This document shows positions 19,353 through 29,895 of a stretch of DNA of 32,000 bases, piece after piece. Made by a program: the position numbers and the translations under genes. Source of the DNA: Synechocystis sp. PCC 6803 substr. PCC-P. GTDB taxonomy: Bacteria; Cyanobacteriota; Cyanobacteriia; Cyanobacteriales; Microcystaceae. The notes under the pieces are model-generated. The model made no database searches, was not told where the DNA came from, and was given only the letters and a program-made list of their open reading frames with translations. How positions within the stretch are numbered: position 1 is the stretch's first letter; every line of letters begins with the position of its first letter. The DNA is taken from assembly GCF_000284455.1 (NCBI RefSeq), contig NC_017039.1:3330001-3362000 (forward strand). Direction: 5' to 3'.

Positions 19353-20180
19353 ATGGACAACGCGACAATCACTGCAATTGCTACAGGACTACTAGTCGTG
19401 GTCGGGATTGCCCAAATCGGCATCTTGACCTCACAAAACCGCCAAACTCGCCTGGCATTAGTGTCAGAGTACTGGAAACGCTGGCACAATTCTAAGGATT
19501 ACTGGGGACGGATAATATTTGTTGGACGAGAACTTGATGAATACTACCAAGTGCTTAATCAGAAGGAGCTAAGGGAGCTTTGCGATCTATTGAAGGAAGT
19601 GAGATCTGACGCACCGACTATTTGGGCTTTGGAAAGTATTCGTGTCGTGTCTGGAATACTGGGAGACGTTTCGATGAGAATTCTTCAAGGACAATTGGAT
19701 GTATCTGACGCATATCCAATATTTGGAACTAGTTTACTCCGTCATAGTCTCCCTCTACGAAAGCTTCTCGATTCAAGTTATCAAGATAGGCATTTTGATC
19801 CCGGAATATCTGAAAGTCATAAGGAGGTGCGGAGAGAGTTGCAGCACTGGTTAATCTACCATAATGGTTTGCGGCGCCGATGCTTGATTCTTCTCGATCT
19901 ATTGTGGGCCGAGGCAGTCAGGCTTGAAGATTTGCCGCCACAAGATATTGAGAGTGCCGCAGAAGCTAAGAAGCAGACAGGTTCAAGAAATAGATCTAGA
20001 CTTTTCCGAGAAGCGCTTCGTTTAAACGGACTGTTTCGGTTCTTCTTTGCGTGGCAACTGTCTAGGTTTCTACTCCACGCAGAATACAAATCCATTTGGA
20101 ACTGGAATGGAATCAGCAAGAAGCGTTTGAAGAATCTGGACTCGACTTGGACGAAGCATCTACTTCAAAAATATGACTAG
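19353..20180 (+). CDS. Hypothetical protein with an N-terminal membrane anchor
   Basis: 275 aa; MDNATITAIATGLLVVVGIAQIGILTSQNRQTRLALVSEYWKRW: one predicted N-terminal TM helix, then a charged, largely helical soluble region. No family recognised. Confidence 0.6.
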   Translation: MDNATITAIATGLLVVVGIAQIGILTSQNRQTRLALVSEYWKRWHNSKDYWGRIIFVGRELDEYYQVLNQKELRELCDLLKEVRSDAPTIWALESIRVVSGILGDVSMRILQGQLDVSDAYPIFGTSLLRHSLPLRKLLDSSYQDRHFDPGISESHKEVRRELQHWLIYHNGLRRRCLILLDLLWAEAVRLEDLPPQDIESAAEAKKQTGSRNRSRLFREALRLNGLFRFFFAWQLSRFLLHAEYKSIWNWNGISKKRLKNLDSTWTKHLLQKYD

Positions 20181-20218
20181 CTCAAGCGCAAACCAAACTT
20201 AAATGCTGAAAGGTTGGA

Positions 20219-20362
20219 ATGAATTATTCAACGATTAAAATTTTAGATACCTTACTCATTCAAAAAATCATTATTACTGACGAAGCGCTCAGTGTTAATT
20301 TGTTTGATAGGCGATCTATTTCTGTCCCTTTAGTCCGATATCTACGAGCATTGGTTAGGTGA
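20219..20362 (+). pseudogene. Possible truncated DUF2442-like small protein
   Basis: ATG-initiated 47 codons, MNYSTIKILDTLLIQKIIITDEALSVNLFDRRSISVPLVRYLRALVR*. D.L.V.L.D.R.ISVPL..Y.RL resembles the DUF2442 core, but the expected downstream QR..W...G.GIHW.DLDED part is not found in frame. Confidence 0.4.
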
Positions 20363-20508
20363 TCGCCAACGTGGTCTATAATGTTAGCAATAAATGTTTG
20401 GTGGTTTACAGTGAATAAACCTATCCTAAGGAGTGATTTTTCTACCAAAGATAGAAGATTTAACTCACAAATCATCTTCTTAAGATTTTTAATTGGGGAT
20501 ATAAGTCA

Positions 20509-21030
20509 ATGTCTAAAAAACAATATCTAAAGCGGTTTGAAGATTTTCTATCAGAACAAGAATCTGAAAATAATGAATCCTTAGCCATTGACTATGAGGA
20601 AGATAAACAAAAATGGCTTGCTAAAATTGATGAATTTTATGAGCTTGTTCAAGAATATATTCATGGCTATCTAGAACAAGGCAAAATAGGTGAAGAATGG
20701 AAAACACTTCAGCTACAAGAAGATCACTTTGGAGAATATGAAGTTAAACAATTAATATTAAAAATAGGAAAAAAAAGACTAATTTTTAAGCCAGTTGGTC
20801 GATTTATTGTTGGTTGTCAAGGCCGTATTGATTTAATTTCTGATCTGGGTAGTGTTCGGTTTTTATTGGTTCCGAAAGATTTTGATGAACCAAGCACTTT
20901 CTTTCTGGGACACTTTACGCCCCAAACTCAATGGCTATGGAAAATTGCCTCTCGCCCTCCTAAAGTAAGTTATTTAGAAATTACGGAGGAAACTTTTTTT
21001 CAAGCTTTAATGGAAGTCGTCAATGCTTAA
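20509..21030 (+). CDS. Hypothetical protein, probable partner/antitoxin of the downstream HEPN-motif protein
   Basis: 173 aa, ATG start. Contains LQEDHFGEYEVKQLILKIGKKRLIFKPVGRFIVGCQGRIDL. Overlaps the next gene by 8 nt (ATGCTTAA), implying co-translation. Confidence 0.7.
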   Translation: MSKKQYLKRFEDFLSEQESENNESLAIDYEEDKQKWLAKIDEFYELVQEYIHGYLEQGKIGEEWKTLQLQEDHFGEYEVKQLILKIGKKRLIFKPVGRFIVGCQGRIDLISDLGSVRFLLVPKDFDEPSTFFLGHFTPQTQWLWKIASRPPKVSYLEITEETFFQALMEVVNA

Positions 21031-21559
21031 AAAAGTATCGTTTTCTAGTGAGAACTTGTCTCTGTTAAATATTGCTGATTATTATGGTGATAGTGAAAAA
21101 GCATTAAGACTTTTCTTTAGCCCCAAAAATCCTGCATATACTTTGAGGTTTAATGGTTATACCAGAAATGAAGTTGAAGGAGAATTAAAATTAAGATTAC
21201 AGGAATTAGATAAAGCAGTTTCGCTTTCGATTTTATCTGCCTTAGAAGCATTACTTCGTGTTGATTATTTGACACGATGTTACAAGAAAAAAAAGGATCC
21301 TTTGTCTAGAAAAATGCGAAATATTTACAAAAGCAAAGGTGTTCGTGCTTCTTTAGAAAGAGATATTCTAAGATTATGGAAAGAAATTTGTCCAGAATAT
21401 AAAAGTTTTATTTCAGAAGTAATAACTGCTTTTGATTATCGAAATTGGTTGGCCCATGGCCGTTACTGGGAACCTAAATTAGGTAGAAATTTTGATTATA
21501 GTTCTTTGTACGATTTAGCAGAATCTATTGAGCAACTATTGATATCTTCTCGCACCTAA
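21023..21559 (+). CDS. HEPN-motif protein (putative RNase/toxin)
   Basis: 178 aa. R140-NWLA-H145 (RNWLAHGRYW) fits the RX4-6H HEPN catalytic motif near the C-terminus, in a helical context with SALEALLRVDY upstream and SLYDLAESIEQLL downstream. Confidence 0.68.
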   Translation: MLKKVSFSSENLSLLNIADYYGDSEKALRLFFSPKNPAYTLRFNGYTRNEVEGELKLRLQELDKAVSLSILSALEALLRVDYLTRCYKKKKDPLSRKMRNIYKSKGVRASLERDILRLWKEICPEYKSFISEVITAFDYRNWLAHGRYWEPKLGRNFDYSSLYDLAESIEQLLISSRT

Positions 21560-21700
21560 AGGCAAGTAGTAATTAGATTTTATTTGTCCGTTATTGAGTA
21601 AATAATTCCGGAACAACAGTTACCGATCGCCAGTTGCATTAGCCAAAGCAAGCGGGAACTTTCATAATGAGACAAAGGCAATCTTCACCGCAGGGACATT

Positions 21701-22018
21701 ATGGGCTTACTCGTCAACGGCATTTGGCAAGATCAGTGGTACGACACCAAAAGTACCGGAGGGCAGTTTGTGCGGCAAGATTCCCAATTTTGCCATTGGA
21801 TTACCCCTGATGGATCAACGGGACCTATCGGTAAAGTTGGATTCAAAGCGGAAGCATGACGATATCAACTACACGTTTCTTTGCCCTCTCCGCGAGCATA
21901 CCGCACCCTGATTTTTCGTAAACTTAAAGACTTAGAAAGAGAAGGGATGATTGTCAGAATCGATGCCCTCAATGGGGGAAGAAAAGATTTCCTCCCCTTA
22001 TTTGAGCGGAACGATTAA
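21701..22018 (+). pseudogene. Glutathionyl-hydroquinone reductase (Xi-class GST, YqjG/ECM4-like), N-terminal remnant
   Basis: Single-frame translation MGLLVNGIWQDQWYDTKSTGGQFVRQDSQFCHWITPDGSTGPIGKVGFKAEA*RYQLHVSLPSPRAYRTLIFRKLKDLEREG... matches the family N-terminus. It has an internal TGA at 21857 where the family has Gly, lacks the catalytic Cys of the ACPWAHR motif, and loses homology soon after. Confidence 0.85.
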
Positions 22019-25000
22019 CTAGACAGAGGTCAGTGTCTTCTCCCCGGTTAAGCTGACATCCCCATTGGCTTCAGGAGAGTCTTTTTCGGAAGGAGGAACG
22101 GCCTGCCAGAATTTGCCGAGATAATCGGACCAGTTAGCCAGAATTGCCTTGCCTTTTGGGCTACCTGTGTGTTCAACGTGGGCAGTAATCAAGGATTTCA
22201 ATTGTTCCTCCCCTTTAGAAGCTGTGATCCTTTGCAAGGTGATGATTTCCGGGTTGATTTTTTCTGGTAAATCCCCTACTTCATCGAGGAAGTAAGCCAA
22301 ACCACCAGTCATGCCAGCACCAACGTTCCGACCCACAGGGCCAAGGACGACAATCACGCCACCGGTCATATATTCACAACAGTGATCGCCAGCTCCTTCA
22401 ATCACGGCTTTACCCACGGAGTTACGCACTGCAAAGCGTTCCCCCGCCCGGCCGTTGGCATAAAGGTTGCCCCCCGTCGCTCCATAGAGACAGGTGTTAC
22501 CAATAATTACATTGTCTTCCGGTGCAAAGCTCGCCTGGGGATGGGGCACGATGACAATTTCACCCCCATTCATGCCTTTGCCCACATAGTCGTTGGCTTC
22601 CCCTTGCAGATGTAGGGTCATGCCATCCAGGTTAAAGGCACCAAAACTCTGACCAGCGGCGCCTTGGAAGTTGAGGGTAATGTTACCTTCAAAACCATTG
22701 TTGCCATACTTTTTGGCGATCGCCCCGGAGAGACGGGTGCCCACAGTGCGGTCGGTATTGACCAGCCGATAGGTTTTGGTCGCAGTGGTTTGATGGTTAA
22801 TGGCTTCTTGGATGTCAGGGTCGGCCAAAATGTCGTCGTCCAACACTGGGCCGTTGCTGTGGACTGGTTCGTGATTTAACCATTGCCGGTTTTGCTTCGT
22901 GTCGGGCAAATTTAACAGACAATCTAAGGTCAGATTCTGGGTTTTGCTCAACTGGACATCGGAGCGAACTTTGAGTAGATCAGTGCGGCCAATGATGTCG
23001 TCCAAACTGCGATAACCTAAATGGGCCAACAGGGAGCGCACTTCCTCGGCAATGAAATAGAAGAAATTAACCACCTGCCCCGGCACTCCTTTAAAGCGTT
23101 GCCGTAACCGTTCTTGCTGGGTGGCAACCCCGACGGGACAATTATTAGTGTGGCAAACCCGGGCCATAATGCAACCTTCGGCAATCATGGCAATGGAGCC
23201 AAAGCCATACTCCTCCGCTCCCATAAGGGCGGCCATCACTACGTCCCAACCGGTTTTCAGACCACCATCAGCCCGCAGCAAAACCCGATCGCGCAGTTGG
23301 TTTTCCATTAACACCCGATGCACTTCCGTAACACCAAGCTCCCAGGGAGAACCAGCGTGTTTAATGGAGCTTAAAGGTGATGCCCCTGTACCACCGTCAT
23401 GGCCAGAAATTTGGATAATATCCGCATTGGCCTTAGCAACCCCAGCGGCGATCGTACCAATACCAATTTCCGCCACCAATTTCACCGATACCTGGGCTTC
23501 GGGATTGATTTGATGGAGATCGTAAATTAATTGGGCTAAATCTTCGATGGAGTAAATGTCATGGTGGGGCGGCGGAGAAATGAGGGTTACACCGGGTTTA
23601 GAACGGCGCAACATGGCAATATATTCACTGACTTTTTTGCCTGGTAACTGCCCCCCTTCCCCAGGTTTAGCACCCTGGGCCATTTTAATTTCCAACTGTT
23701 TGCCACTCATCAAATATTCCGGGGTAACCCCAAAACGACCGGAGGCAATTTGCTTAATGGCGGAGTTGGCCGTGTCTCCATTTTGCAGGCCGTGGAGATG
23801 GGGCAAGGTGGGGGAATTTCCTTCGCTATCCACATCATCTAGAGTGAGGTAACGTACTACATCTTCTCCCCCTTCCCCGGAATTGGATTTAGCTCCTAAA
23901 CGATTCATGGCGATCGCCAAGGTTTCATGGGCTTCCCGGGACAACGCACCGAGGGACATACCGCCAGTACAGAAGCGCTTGACAATACTTTCCACCGATT
24001 CCACTTCTTCTAAGGAAATGGCCGGTTGGTCTGCATTGAAATCGAGCAAATCCCGCAGGGCAGTGACAGGACGGTCTTTGAGATATTGACGGTACAACTC
24101 GTAATGGTCATAGGCTTCCCCATTGTTACCATTACCGCCCACTTTGTAGGCTGCCACTGCCTTATGGAGAGACTTGGACATCTCCGGCGAGTTCATGTGA
24201 TATTCTCCGCCGGGACGGTAGTTGACAAAGCCAAAGTTCTCTAACTTCTTAGCCATTTCCGGGAAGGCCATGCCATGGAAAACCATTACTTCCCCGGCCA
24301 CATCAGCGATGGTCAAACCGCCCACCCGACTGGTAGTTCCAGCAAAGGCATATTCCACCAATTCCGCCCCTAAACCGATCGCCTCGAAGATTTGGGCACC
24401 GTGGTAGGAAGCCAGCAGGGAAATGCCCATTTTGGAGAGAATTTTAAATAATCCTGCTTCCACGGATTGGCGATAATTCTTCAGCGCCGTGGGTAAGTCA
24501 ATCCGATCCAAGCGCCCATTTTCCATCAGCTTTTGGGTCTTTTCATCTAACCACCATTGCCGCACGGATTCCAACGCTAGGTAGGGACAAATGGCCGAAG
24601 CACCATAGCCTACCAAGCAGGCAAAATGATGGGTACTCCAACACTGGGCGGTGTCCACAATTAGGGACGCTTTTAGCCTTAGCCCGGCCCGAATTAGATG
24701 GTGATGTACTGCTCCCACTGCCAACAAGGGGGGAATAAAACTTTGATTCTCAGTCAATATTGCGCCGTTAGGACGATCAGTTAAAACCAAGATTTCTGCC
24801 CCGGCTTGCACAGTGGCGATCGCCGTTTTAACTAAATTATCTAAGGCGGTTTCCAGACTATTCACCCCATCTAGATCGTAAAGGGTAGAAACTTCTGCCA
24901 CCTGCAACTGTCCAGTTTTAATGGCCTGTAACTCTACTTCATTGACCAATGGCGATCGGAGTTTAATCGTCCGCGCGGATTCCGCTTTAGGCTCTAACAA

Positions 25001-26689
25001 ATTGCCCCGTTTGCCTAAAAACATAGCTAGGGACATGACCAAATTTTCCCGCAGAGGATCAATGGGGGGATTGGTCACCTGGGCAAAGCGCTGTTTGAAA
25101 TAGTCGTACAGTAAGCGGGGTTTATGGGATAGTACAGCTAAGGGCGTATCGTCCCCCATGCAAAAAGTTGGTTCCTTACCTTGGCTGGCCATGGGTACCA
25201 CTACCATTTCCACATCTTCAGCGGTGTAGCCAAAAGCTGCCTGTTGTTGCAGTACAGTTTGAGCGTCATTGAATAAAGTTTTTTCAGCAAAGCTATCAGA
25301 AGCTACCGTTTGACGCTGGATTTTTATCCATTCCCCATAGGGATATTTTTGGGCCGCCTGCTGTTTAATTTGATAGTTTTTGAGAATTTTTTGCTCAGCC
25401 AAATCCACCGCAATCATTTGCCCCGGTGCTAGGCGACCTTTTTCAACAATATCTACTTCCGGTAAATCCACGACTCCCGCTTCGGAACCCAAGACAATAT
25501 AGTCATCTTTGGTAATGCAATAACGGGCGGGCCGTAAACCATTCCGGTCTAGCCCAGCGCCAACAATTTTGCCGTCACTAAATACTAATAAAGCGGGGCC
25601 ATCCCAGGGTTCCTGTAAACCGCTGTAGTAGTCATGGAAATCACTAATTTCCGGGTAATCTTTTAAAGCTGGCTGATTTTTATAAGCTTCCGGCACTAAA
25701 ATCATCGCCGCTTCTAGGGGACTGCGGCCAGTACGCACCAACAATTCCAGGGCACTATCAAGGTTATAGGAATCACTGTTGGCTTGGTTAACAATAGGAG
25801 TTAATGCTTCTAACTCCGCCTTTGTCCAGCCCGACACTTCCAATTCTTTTTCCCTGGCCGCCATCCAATTAATATTGCCTAAAAGGGTATTAATTTCCCC
25901 GTTATGACCCAATAGCCGCATGGGTTGAGCCAGGGGCCATTTGGGCATGGTATTGGTGCTGAAACGACGGTGGTAAACGGCGAAATTACTGGTATATCCA
26001 GGATTTTTTAAATCTAAATAAAATTCCCCCAGAATAATGCTCCGGACCATGCCTTTATAGACAATGGTGCGACAGGAAAAGGAACAAACGTAGAAATCTT
26101 CCGCTAATTTTTTACCAATGATGGAGCGGGCAATGTACAATCGCCGATCTAATTCATCTCCGGCACAACCTTCGGGACAAGTAACTAAAATTTGTTCAAT
26201 GTGGGGCTGATTATTTTTGGCTTGAATGCCCAGCACATCAGAATTAACGGGCACTTCCCGCCACCCTAACACTGTTAATTTTTCCAGCCGTACCACTTCT
26301 TCTACGTAGGCCCGGGCCACTTCCCTAGCGGAGGGTTCCTGGGGTAAAAATACCATTCCCACCCCCAGGCGATCGCCATCGGGCATGGGCAAATTGCGGG
26401 TGTTAAACCACTGGGCCAGTAGTTCCCGAGGAATGGCGGTCATCACCCCGGCCCCGTCCCCTGAATCGTTATCGGCACTGCATCCCCCCCGATGTTCCAT
26501 ACACCCCAGAGCCTTTAGGGCCTGCTCCACCAGGGTATGGTCCGGCTTACCCCGGAGATTGGCAATAAAACCCACACCACAGGCATCTCGTTCTTCCACT
26601 AACCAAGGTTGACCAAGGAATGGTTGGTTAGAATTGGTGGCAACAGAGGAGTTTGTCATAGGAGCTAGCAACGGATATTGGAAGGACAT
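22019..26689 (-). CDS. glsF: Ferredoxin-dependent glutamate synthase
   Basis: [13 protein letters not shown]-terminal nucleophile Cys, [82 protein letters not shown] at 26689 gives 1556 aa, a size more consistent with the Fd-dependent than the NADH-dependent form. Confidence 0.9.
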   Translation of the reverse strand: MSFQYPLLAPMTNSSVATNSNQPFLGQPWLVEERDACGVGFIANLRGKPDHTLVEQALKALGCMEHRGGCSADNDSGDGAGVMTAIPRELLAQWFNTRNLPMPDGDRLGVGMVFLPQEPSAREVARAYVEEVVRLEKLTVLGWREVPVNSDVLGIQAKNNQPHIEQILVTCPEGCAGDELDRRLYIARSIIGKKLAEDFYVCSFSCRTIVYKGMVRSIILGEFYLDLKNPGYTSNFAVYHRRFSTNTMPKWPLAQPMRLLGHNGEINTLLGNINWMAAREKELEVSGWTKAELEALTPIVNQANSDSYNLDSALELLVRTGRSPLEAAMILVPEAYKNQPALKDYPEISDFHDYYSGLQEPWDGPALLVFSDGKIVGAGLDRNGLRPARYCITKDDYIVLGSEAGVVDLPEVDIVEKGRLAPGQMIAVDLAEQKILKNYQIKQQAAQKYPYGEWIKIQRQTVASDSFAEKTLFNDAQTVLQQQAAFGYTAEDVEMVVVPMASQGKEPTFCMGDDTPLAVLSHKPRLLYDYFKQRFAQVTNPPIDPLRENLVMSLAMFLGKRGNLLEPKAESARTIKLRSPLVNEVELQAIKTGQLQVAEVSTLYDLDGVNSLETALDNLVKTAIATVQAGAEILVLTDRPNGAILTENQSFIPPLLAVGAVHHHLIRAGLRLKASLIVDTAQCWSTHHFACLVGYGASAICPYLALESVRQWWLDEKTQKLMENGRLDRIDLPTALKNYRQSVEAGLFKILSKMGISLLASYHGAQIFEAIGLGAELVEYAFAGTTSRVGGLTIADVAGEVMVFHGMAFPEMAKKLENFGFVNYRPGGEYHMNSPEMSKSLHKAVAAYKVGGNGNNGEAYDHYELYRQYLKDRPVTALRDLLDFNADQPAISLEEVESVESIVKRFCTGGMSLGALSREAHETLAIAMNRLGAKSNSGEGGEDVVRYLTLDDVDSEGNSPTLPHLHGLQNGDTANSAIKQIASGRFGVTPEYLMSGKQLEIKMAQGAKPGEGGQLPGKKVSEYIAMLRRSKPGVTLISPPPHHDIYSIEDLAQLIYDLHQINPEAQVSVKLVAEIGIGTIAAGVAKANADIIQISGHDGGTGASPLSSIKHAGSPWELGVTEVHRVLMENQLRDRVLLRADGGLKTGWDVVMAALMGAEEYGFGSIAMIAEGCIMARVCHTNNCPVGVATQQERLRQRFKGVPGQVVNFFYFIAEEVRSLLAHLGYRSLDDIIGRTDLLKVRSDVQLSKTQNLTLDCLLNLPDTKQNRQWLNHEPVHSNGPVLDDDILADPDIQEAINHQTTATKTYRLVNTDRTVGTRLSGAIAKKYGNNGFEGNITLNFQGAAGQSFGAFNLDGMTLHLQGEANDYVGKGMNGGEIVIVPHPQASFAPEDNVIIGNTCLYGATGGNLYANGRAGERFAVRNSVGKAVIEGAGDHCCEYMTGGVIVVLGPVGRNVGAGMTGGLAYFLDEVGDLPEKINPEIITLQRITASKGEEQLKSLITAHVEHTGSPKGKAILANWSDYLGKFWQAVPPSEKDSPEANGDVSLTGEKTLTSV

Positions 26690-27272
26690 CTGGACAGCAA
26701 TGGGAGACCCCAAAGGGCCCCTCAGCCTGGGGGCGGTGGTTAATTTTACCAGTTAGCCTAGGCAGTGGTTCGTTCGCCTTTAACCGCTTCATGGGGGCGA
26801 TCGCCAAATTTGGGGAGGGAGACGAAATTAACCTGAGCGATTTTGCTTGTAACTATTCTTCACATTATCGCTCACCGAAAACCCAGATTAACCATTTTTC
26901 TGCACCATGGCCAACAAAATTGCCCAGCCTGATGGTACTACTGAGAACGAAGGAAGATGGGGCGAACTACCCAACGCTGACCGGTGGCAGAGTGTGGTCT
27001 TCTGACCCCATCGGTCATTCTTGAGATGGATATTGTGTGGTGCAGTATCCCAAGGTTTAGGAAAGAAAGGGCTAGCTAAAGGGAAGCTGAAAATGCATCA
27101 CAGCCAAACACAGGAGTTGGAGGCCAAACCCTACAGTTGCCCCAGTGTGAGTCAATATCTACCGCTACGGCAATCGCCAGAGCTAGGGGAGTATTAAATA
27201 ATACAAATGCAGGAAGAATCAGAAAATTTCTTTTAAGATTGGAAAAAATACCCTTGACTAAATAGTGCTCTA

Positions 27273-27382
27273 AGAGCCTGTTTAACAAGCCCCCCTGGCC
27301 CCCAAATTTGGGGTGAAGCTGGGTGAAAGTACCCCATTATTGGGGGATTTAGGGGGCGGAATAAAACTTTCCAAACACGTTC
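27273..27382. mobile_element. MITE-like element, copy 2
   Basis: About 110 bp between TA dinucleotides at 27271-27272 and 27383-27384. Its 69-bp core (27289..27357) GCCCCCCTGGCCCCCAAATTTGGGG...CCCCATTATTGGGGGATTTAGGGGGC aligns with the reverse complement of 10369..10437. Terminal arms AGAGCCTGTTT / GAACGTGTTTGG. Confidence 0.7.
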
Positions 27383-27404
27383 TAAACTACTTCCCATAAT
27401 CGTC

Positions 27405-28406
27405 ATGAAAATCGCTTTTTTTAGCAGTAAAGCCTATGATCGTCAATTTTTCCAACAAGCAAACCACCCCCATCAACGGGAAATGGTCTTTTTTGATGCC
27501 CAACTCAACCTTGATACCGCTATTTTAGCGGAGGATTGCCCCGTTATTTGCCTCTTCGTTAATGACCAAGCTCCTGCCCCGGTGCTAGAAAAGTTAGCTG
27601 CCCAGGGCACAAAATTAATCGCTCTGCGCAGTGCGGGCTATAATAATGTTGACCTCAAAACAGCCGCAGATCTGGGGCTAAAAGTAGTCCATGTACCATC
27701 CTATTCTCCCCATGCAGTCGCAGAACATACTGTGGGGTTAATTCTGGCTCTAAATAGAAAGTTATATCGAGCCTATAACCGCGTTAGGGACGATAATTTT
27801 TCCCTAGAAGGGTTACTTGGTTTTGATCTCCATGGCACCACCGTCGGAGTGATTGGTACTGGCAAAATTGGTCTAGCTTTTGCTCAAATTATGAATGGTT
27901 TTGGCTGCCATTTATTGGGCTACGATGCCTTTCCTAACGATAAATTTACTGCCATTGGCCAAGCCCTCTATGTATCTTTAAATGAACTTTTAGCTCATTC
28001 TGATATTATTTCTCTCCACTGTCCCCTACTGCCGGAAACCCATTATCTAATTAACACTAATACCATTGCCCAAATGAAGCCAGGGGTTATGTTAATCAAC
28101 ACAAGTCGAGGTCATTTAATTGATACCCAAGCGGTTATTCAGGGGATTAAATCCCATAAAATTGGCTTTTTAGGCATTGATGTTTACGAAGAAGAGGAAG
28201 AGCTATTTTTTACTGACCATTCTGATACTATCATTCAAGATGATACCTTTCAATTGCTACAATCTTTTCCCAATGTAATGATCACAGCTCATCAGGGATT
28301 CTTTACCCACAACGCTCTGCAAACCATTGCCGCAACGACACTGGCAAATATTGCTGAATTTGAGCAGAATAAACCTTTAACTTACCAAGTAATCTGTCCC
28401 CATTAA
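27405..28406 (+). CDS. ddh: D-lactate dehydrogenase / 2-hydroxyacid dehydrogenase
   Basis: 333 aa; TVGVIGTGKIGLAFAQIMNGFG Rossmann motif, HCPLLPETHYLINTNTIAQMKPGVMLINTSRG, GFLGIDVYEEE, MITAHQGFFT. Confidence 0.93.
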   Translation: MKIAFFSSKAYDRQFFQQANHPHQREMVFFDAQLNLDTAILAEDCPVICLFVNDQAPAPVLEKLAAQGTKLIALRSAGYNNVDLKTAADLGLKVVHVPSYSPHAVAEHTVGLILALNRKLYRAYNRVRDDNFSLEGLLGFDLHGTTVGVIGTGKIGLAFAQIMNGFGCHLLGYDAFPNDKFTAIGQALYVSLNELLAHSDIISLHCPLLPETHYLINTNTIAQMKPGVMLINTSRGHLIDTQAVIQGIKSHKIGFLGIDVYEEEEELFFTDHSDTIIQDDTFQLLQSFPNVMITAHQGFFTHNALQTIAATTLANIAEFEQNKPLTYQVICPH

Positions 28407-28558
28407 GGTTAGAAAATATCAATGTTAACTAAAGATAACGTTAAATTTTTTAGCCTTTTATTACCAGATATTTTTCCTAAAAATGAAGCAACGATAGTAT
28501 TAACGGCACTACCTTGGTGATCGATAGTACGATAAATCGTAGCTGTTACTAGGTTTTA

Positions 28559-29713
28559 CTAACCGGCGACTTCTGCCTTTTGTTGTCGCATCAACTTGAC
28601 GAACTTCTCGAACAGATAATCGGCATCATGGGGTCCAGGGCTGGCCTCCGGGTGGTACTGCACCGAGAAAAAGGGCAATTCTTTATGGCGTAGCCCCGCC
28701 ACCGTTTTATCGTTGAGGTTGAAATGGGTAATTTCCACTTCTTCGGCCAGGGAACCTTCCGTCACCGCAAAACCATGGTTCTGGCTGGTAATTTCCACCT
28801 GTTGCTCCAGGCCACAGGGTTGATTGAGCCCTCGATGACCAAATTTGAGCTTAAAGGTCTCCGCTCCCAGGGATAACCCCAACACTTGATGCCCCATGCA
28901 AATGCCAAACATGGGCTTTTTAGCCGCCAATAACTCTTTGGTGGTGACAATACCTTCTTCAACAGCGGAGGGATCACCAGGGCCATTGGAAAGGAAAATG
29001 CCATCGGGGTTGTACTGGAGAATTTCAGCAGCGGAGGTGCTAGCAGGTACCACAATCACACGACAACCGTAACTAGCTAAGCGACGCAGGATATTACGCT
29101 TAACGCCAAAGTCCAGCGCCACCACGGTGAGGGGCGGTTGTCCCTGTTGTTCTGCCACTGGCCCAAACTGCCAATGGTCATTGGTGGAATCAGTCCATTC
29201 GTAAACTTCATGGGTGGTCACTTCCTTAACCAAATTTAACCCGGCCATGGAAGGAGCTGCTTGGATGTGGTGCAACAGGGCTTCCGGTTCCAAGATTTCC
29301 GTAGAGATGCCGCCGTTCATGGCACCGATGGAACGCAACTTGCGAGTCAGGGCCCTAGTGTCGATGCCGTAAATGCCGATGATTTTATGTTCTACCAAAT
29401 AGTCCGGTAGGGATTGGGTCGATCGCCAATTGCTGGGGCGGCGGGTGATGTTGCGGGCCACTACCCCCTTTACATGGGGATGGATAGATTCCTCGTCCTC
29501 TGCATTGACTCCGGTGTTGCCCAACTCAGGATAGGTAAACGTGACAATTTGGCCGCAATAACTGGGGTCGGTCATCACTTCCTGGTAGCCGGTCATACCC
29601 GTGTTGAATACCACCTCTCCCACTGTGGTACCATCGGCCCCGAAGGACCAACCGGGATAAGGGGTGCCATCCGCAAGGACAAGAAGGGCCGGTTTCGCCG
29701 CAGCAATTGGCAT
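28559..29713 (-). CDS. carA: Carbamoyl-phosphate synthase small subunit
   Basis: [97 protein letters not shown] at 29713 preferred over the longer ORF. Confidence 0.95.
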   Translation of the reverse strand: MPIAAAKPALLVLADGTPYPGWSFGADGTTVGEVVFNTGMTGYQEVMTDPSYCGQIVTFTYPELGNTGVNAEDEESIHPHVKGVVARNITRRPSNWRSTQSLPDYLVEHKIIGIYGIDTRALTRKLRSIGAMNGGISTEILEPEALLHHIQAAPSMAGLNLVKEVTTHEVYEWTDSTNDHWQFGPVAEQQGQPPLTVVALDFGVKRNILRRLASYGCRVIVVPASTSAAEILQYNPDGIFLSNGPGDPSAVEEGIVTTKELLAAKKPMFGICMGHQVLGLSLGAETFKLKFGHRGLNQPCGLEQQVEITSQNHGFAVTEGSLAEEVEITHFNLNDKTVAGLRHKELPFFSVQYHPEASPGPHDADYLFEKFVKLMRQQKAEVAG

Positions 29714-29895
29714 AATGATATATTGCAAGGTAGCTGGAATAGGACCATTCGGCCGTAGTGGGAAAAAGTTAAGTCCTTGGAGTCTTATCCAAGGCTGTGC
29801 TCCTTTGCCCGGCCGCCGCCGAATCAACCACATATTAGCAGATTCGCCCCTGTCGTCTGTTCCACTAATGTCAAATTGTCCTGATGGTTACTGCC

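Noticed and set aside
22382-25103. Multiple plus-strand ORFs of 60-130 aa opposite glsF.
   Set aside because: Antisense shadows of a strongly supported 1556-aa coding gene; no family signatures.
27076-27288. 70-aa minus-strand ORF with a signal-peptide-like stretch (NFLILPAFVLFNTPLALAIAVAV).
   Set aside because: Its start region lies in MITE copy 2 with no ATG or evident RBS, and there is no homology support. Could be a 3' remnant, but not enough evidence to call it.
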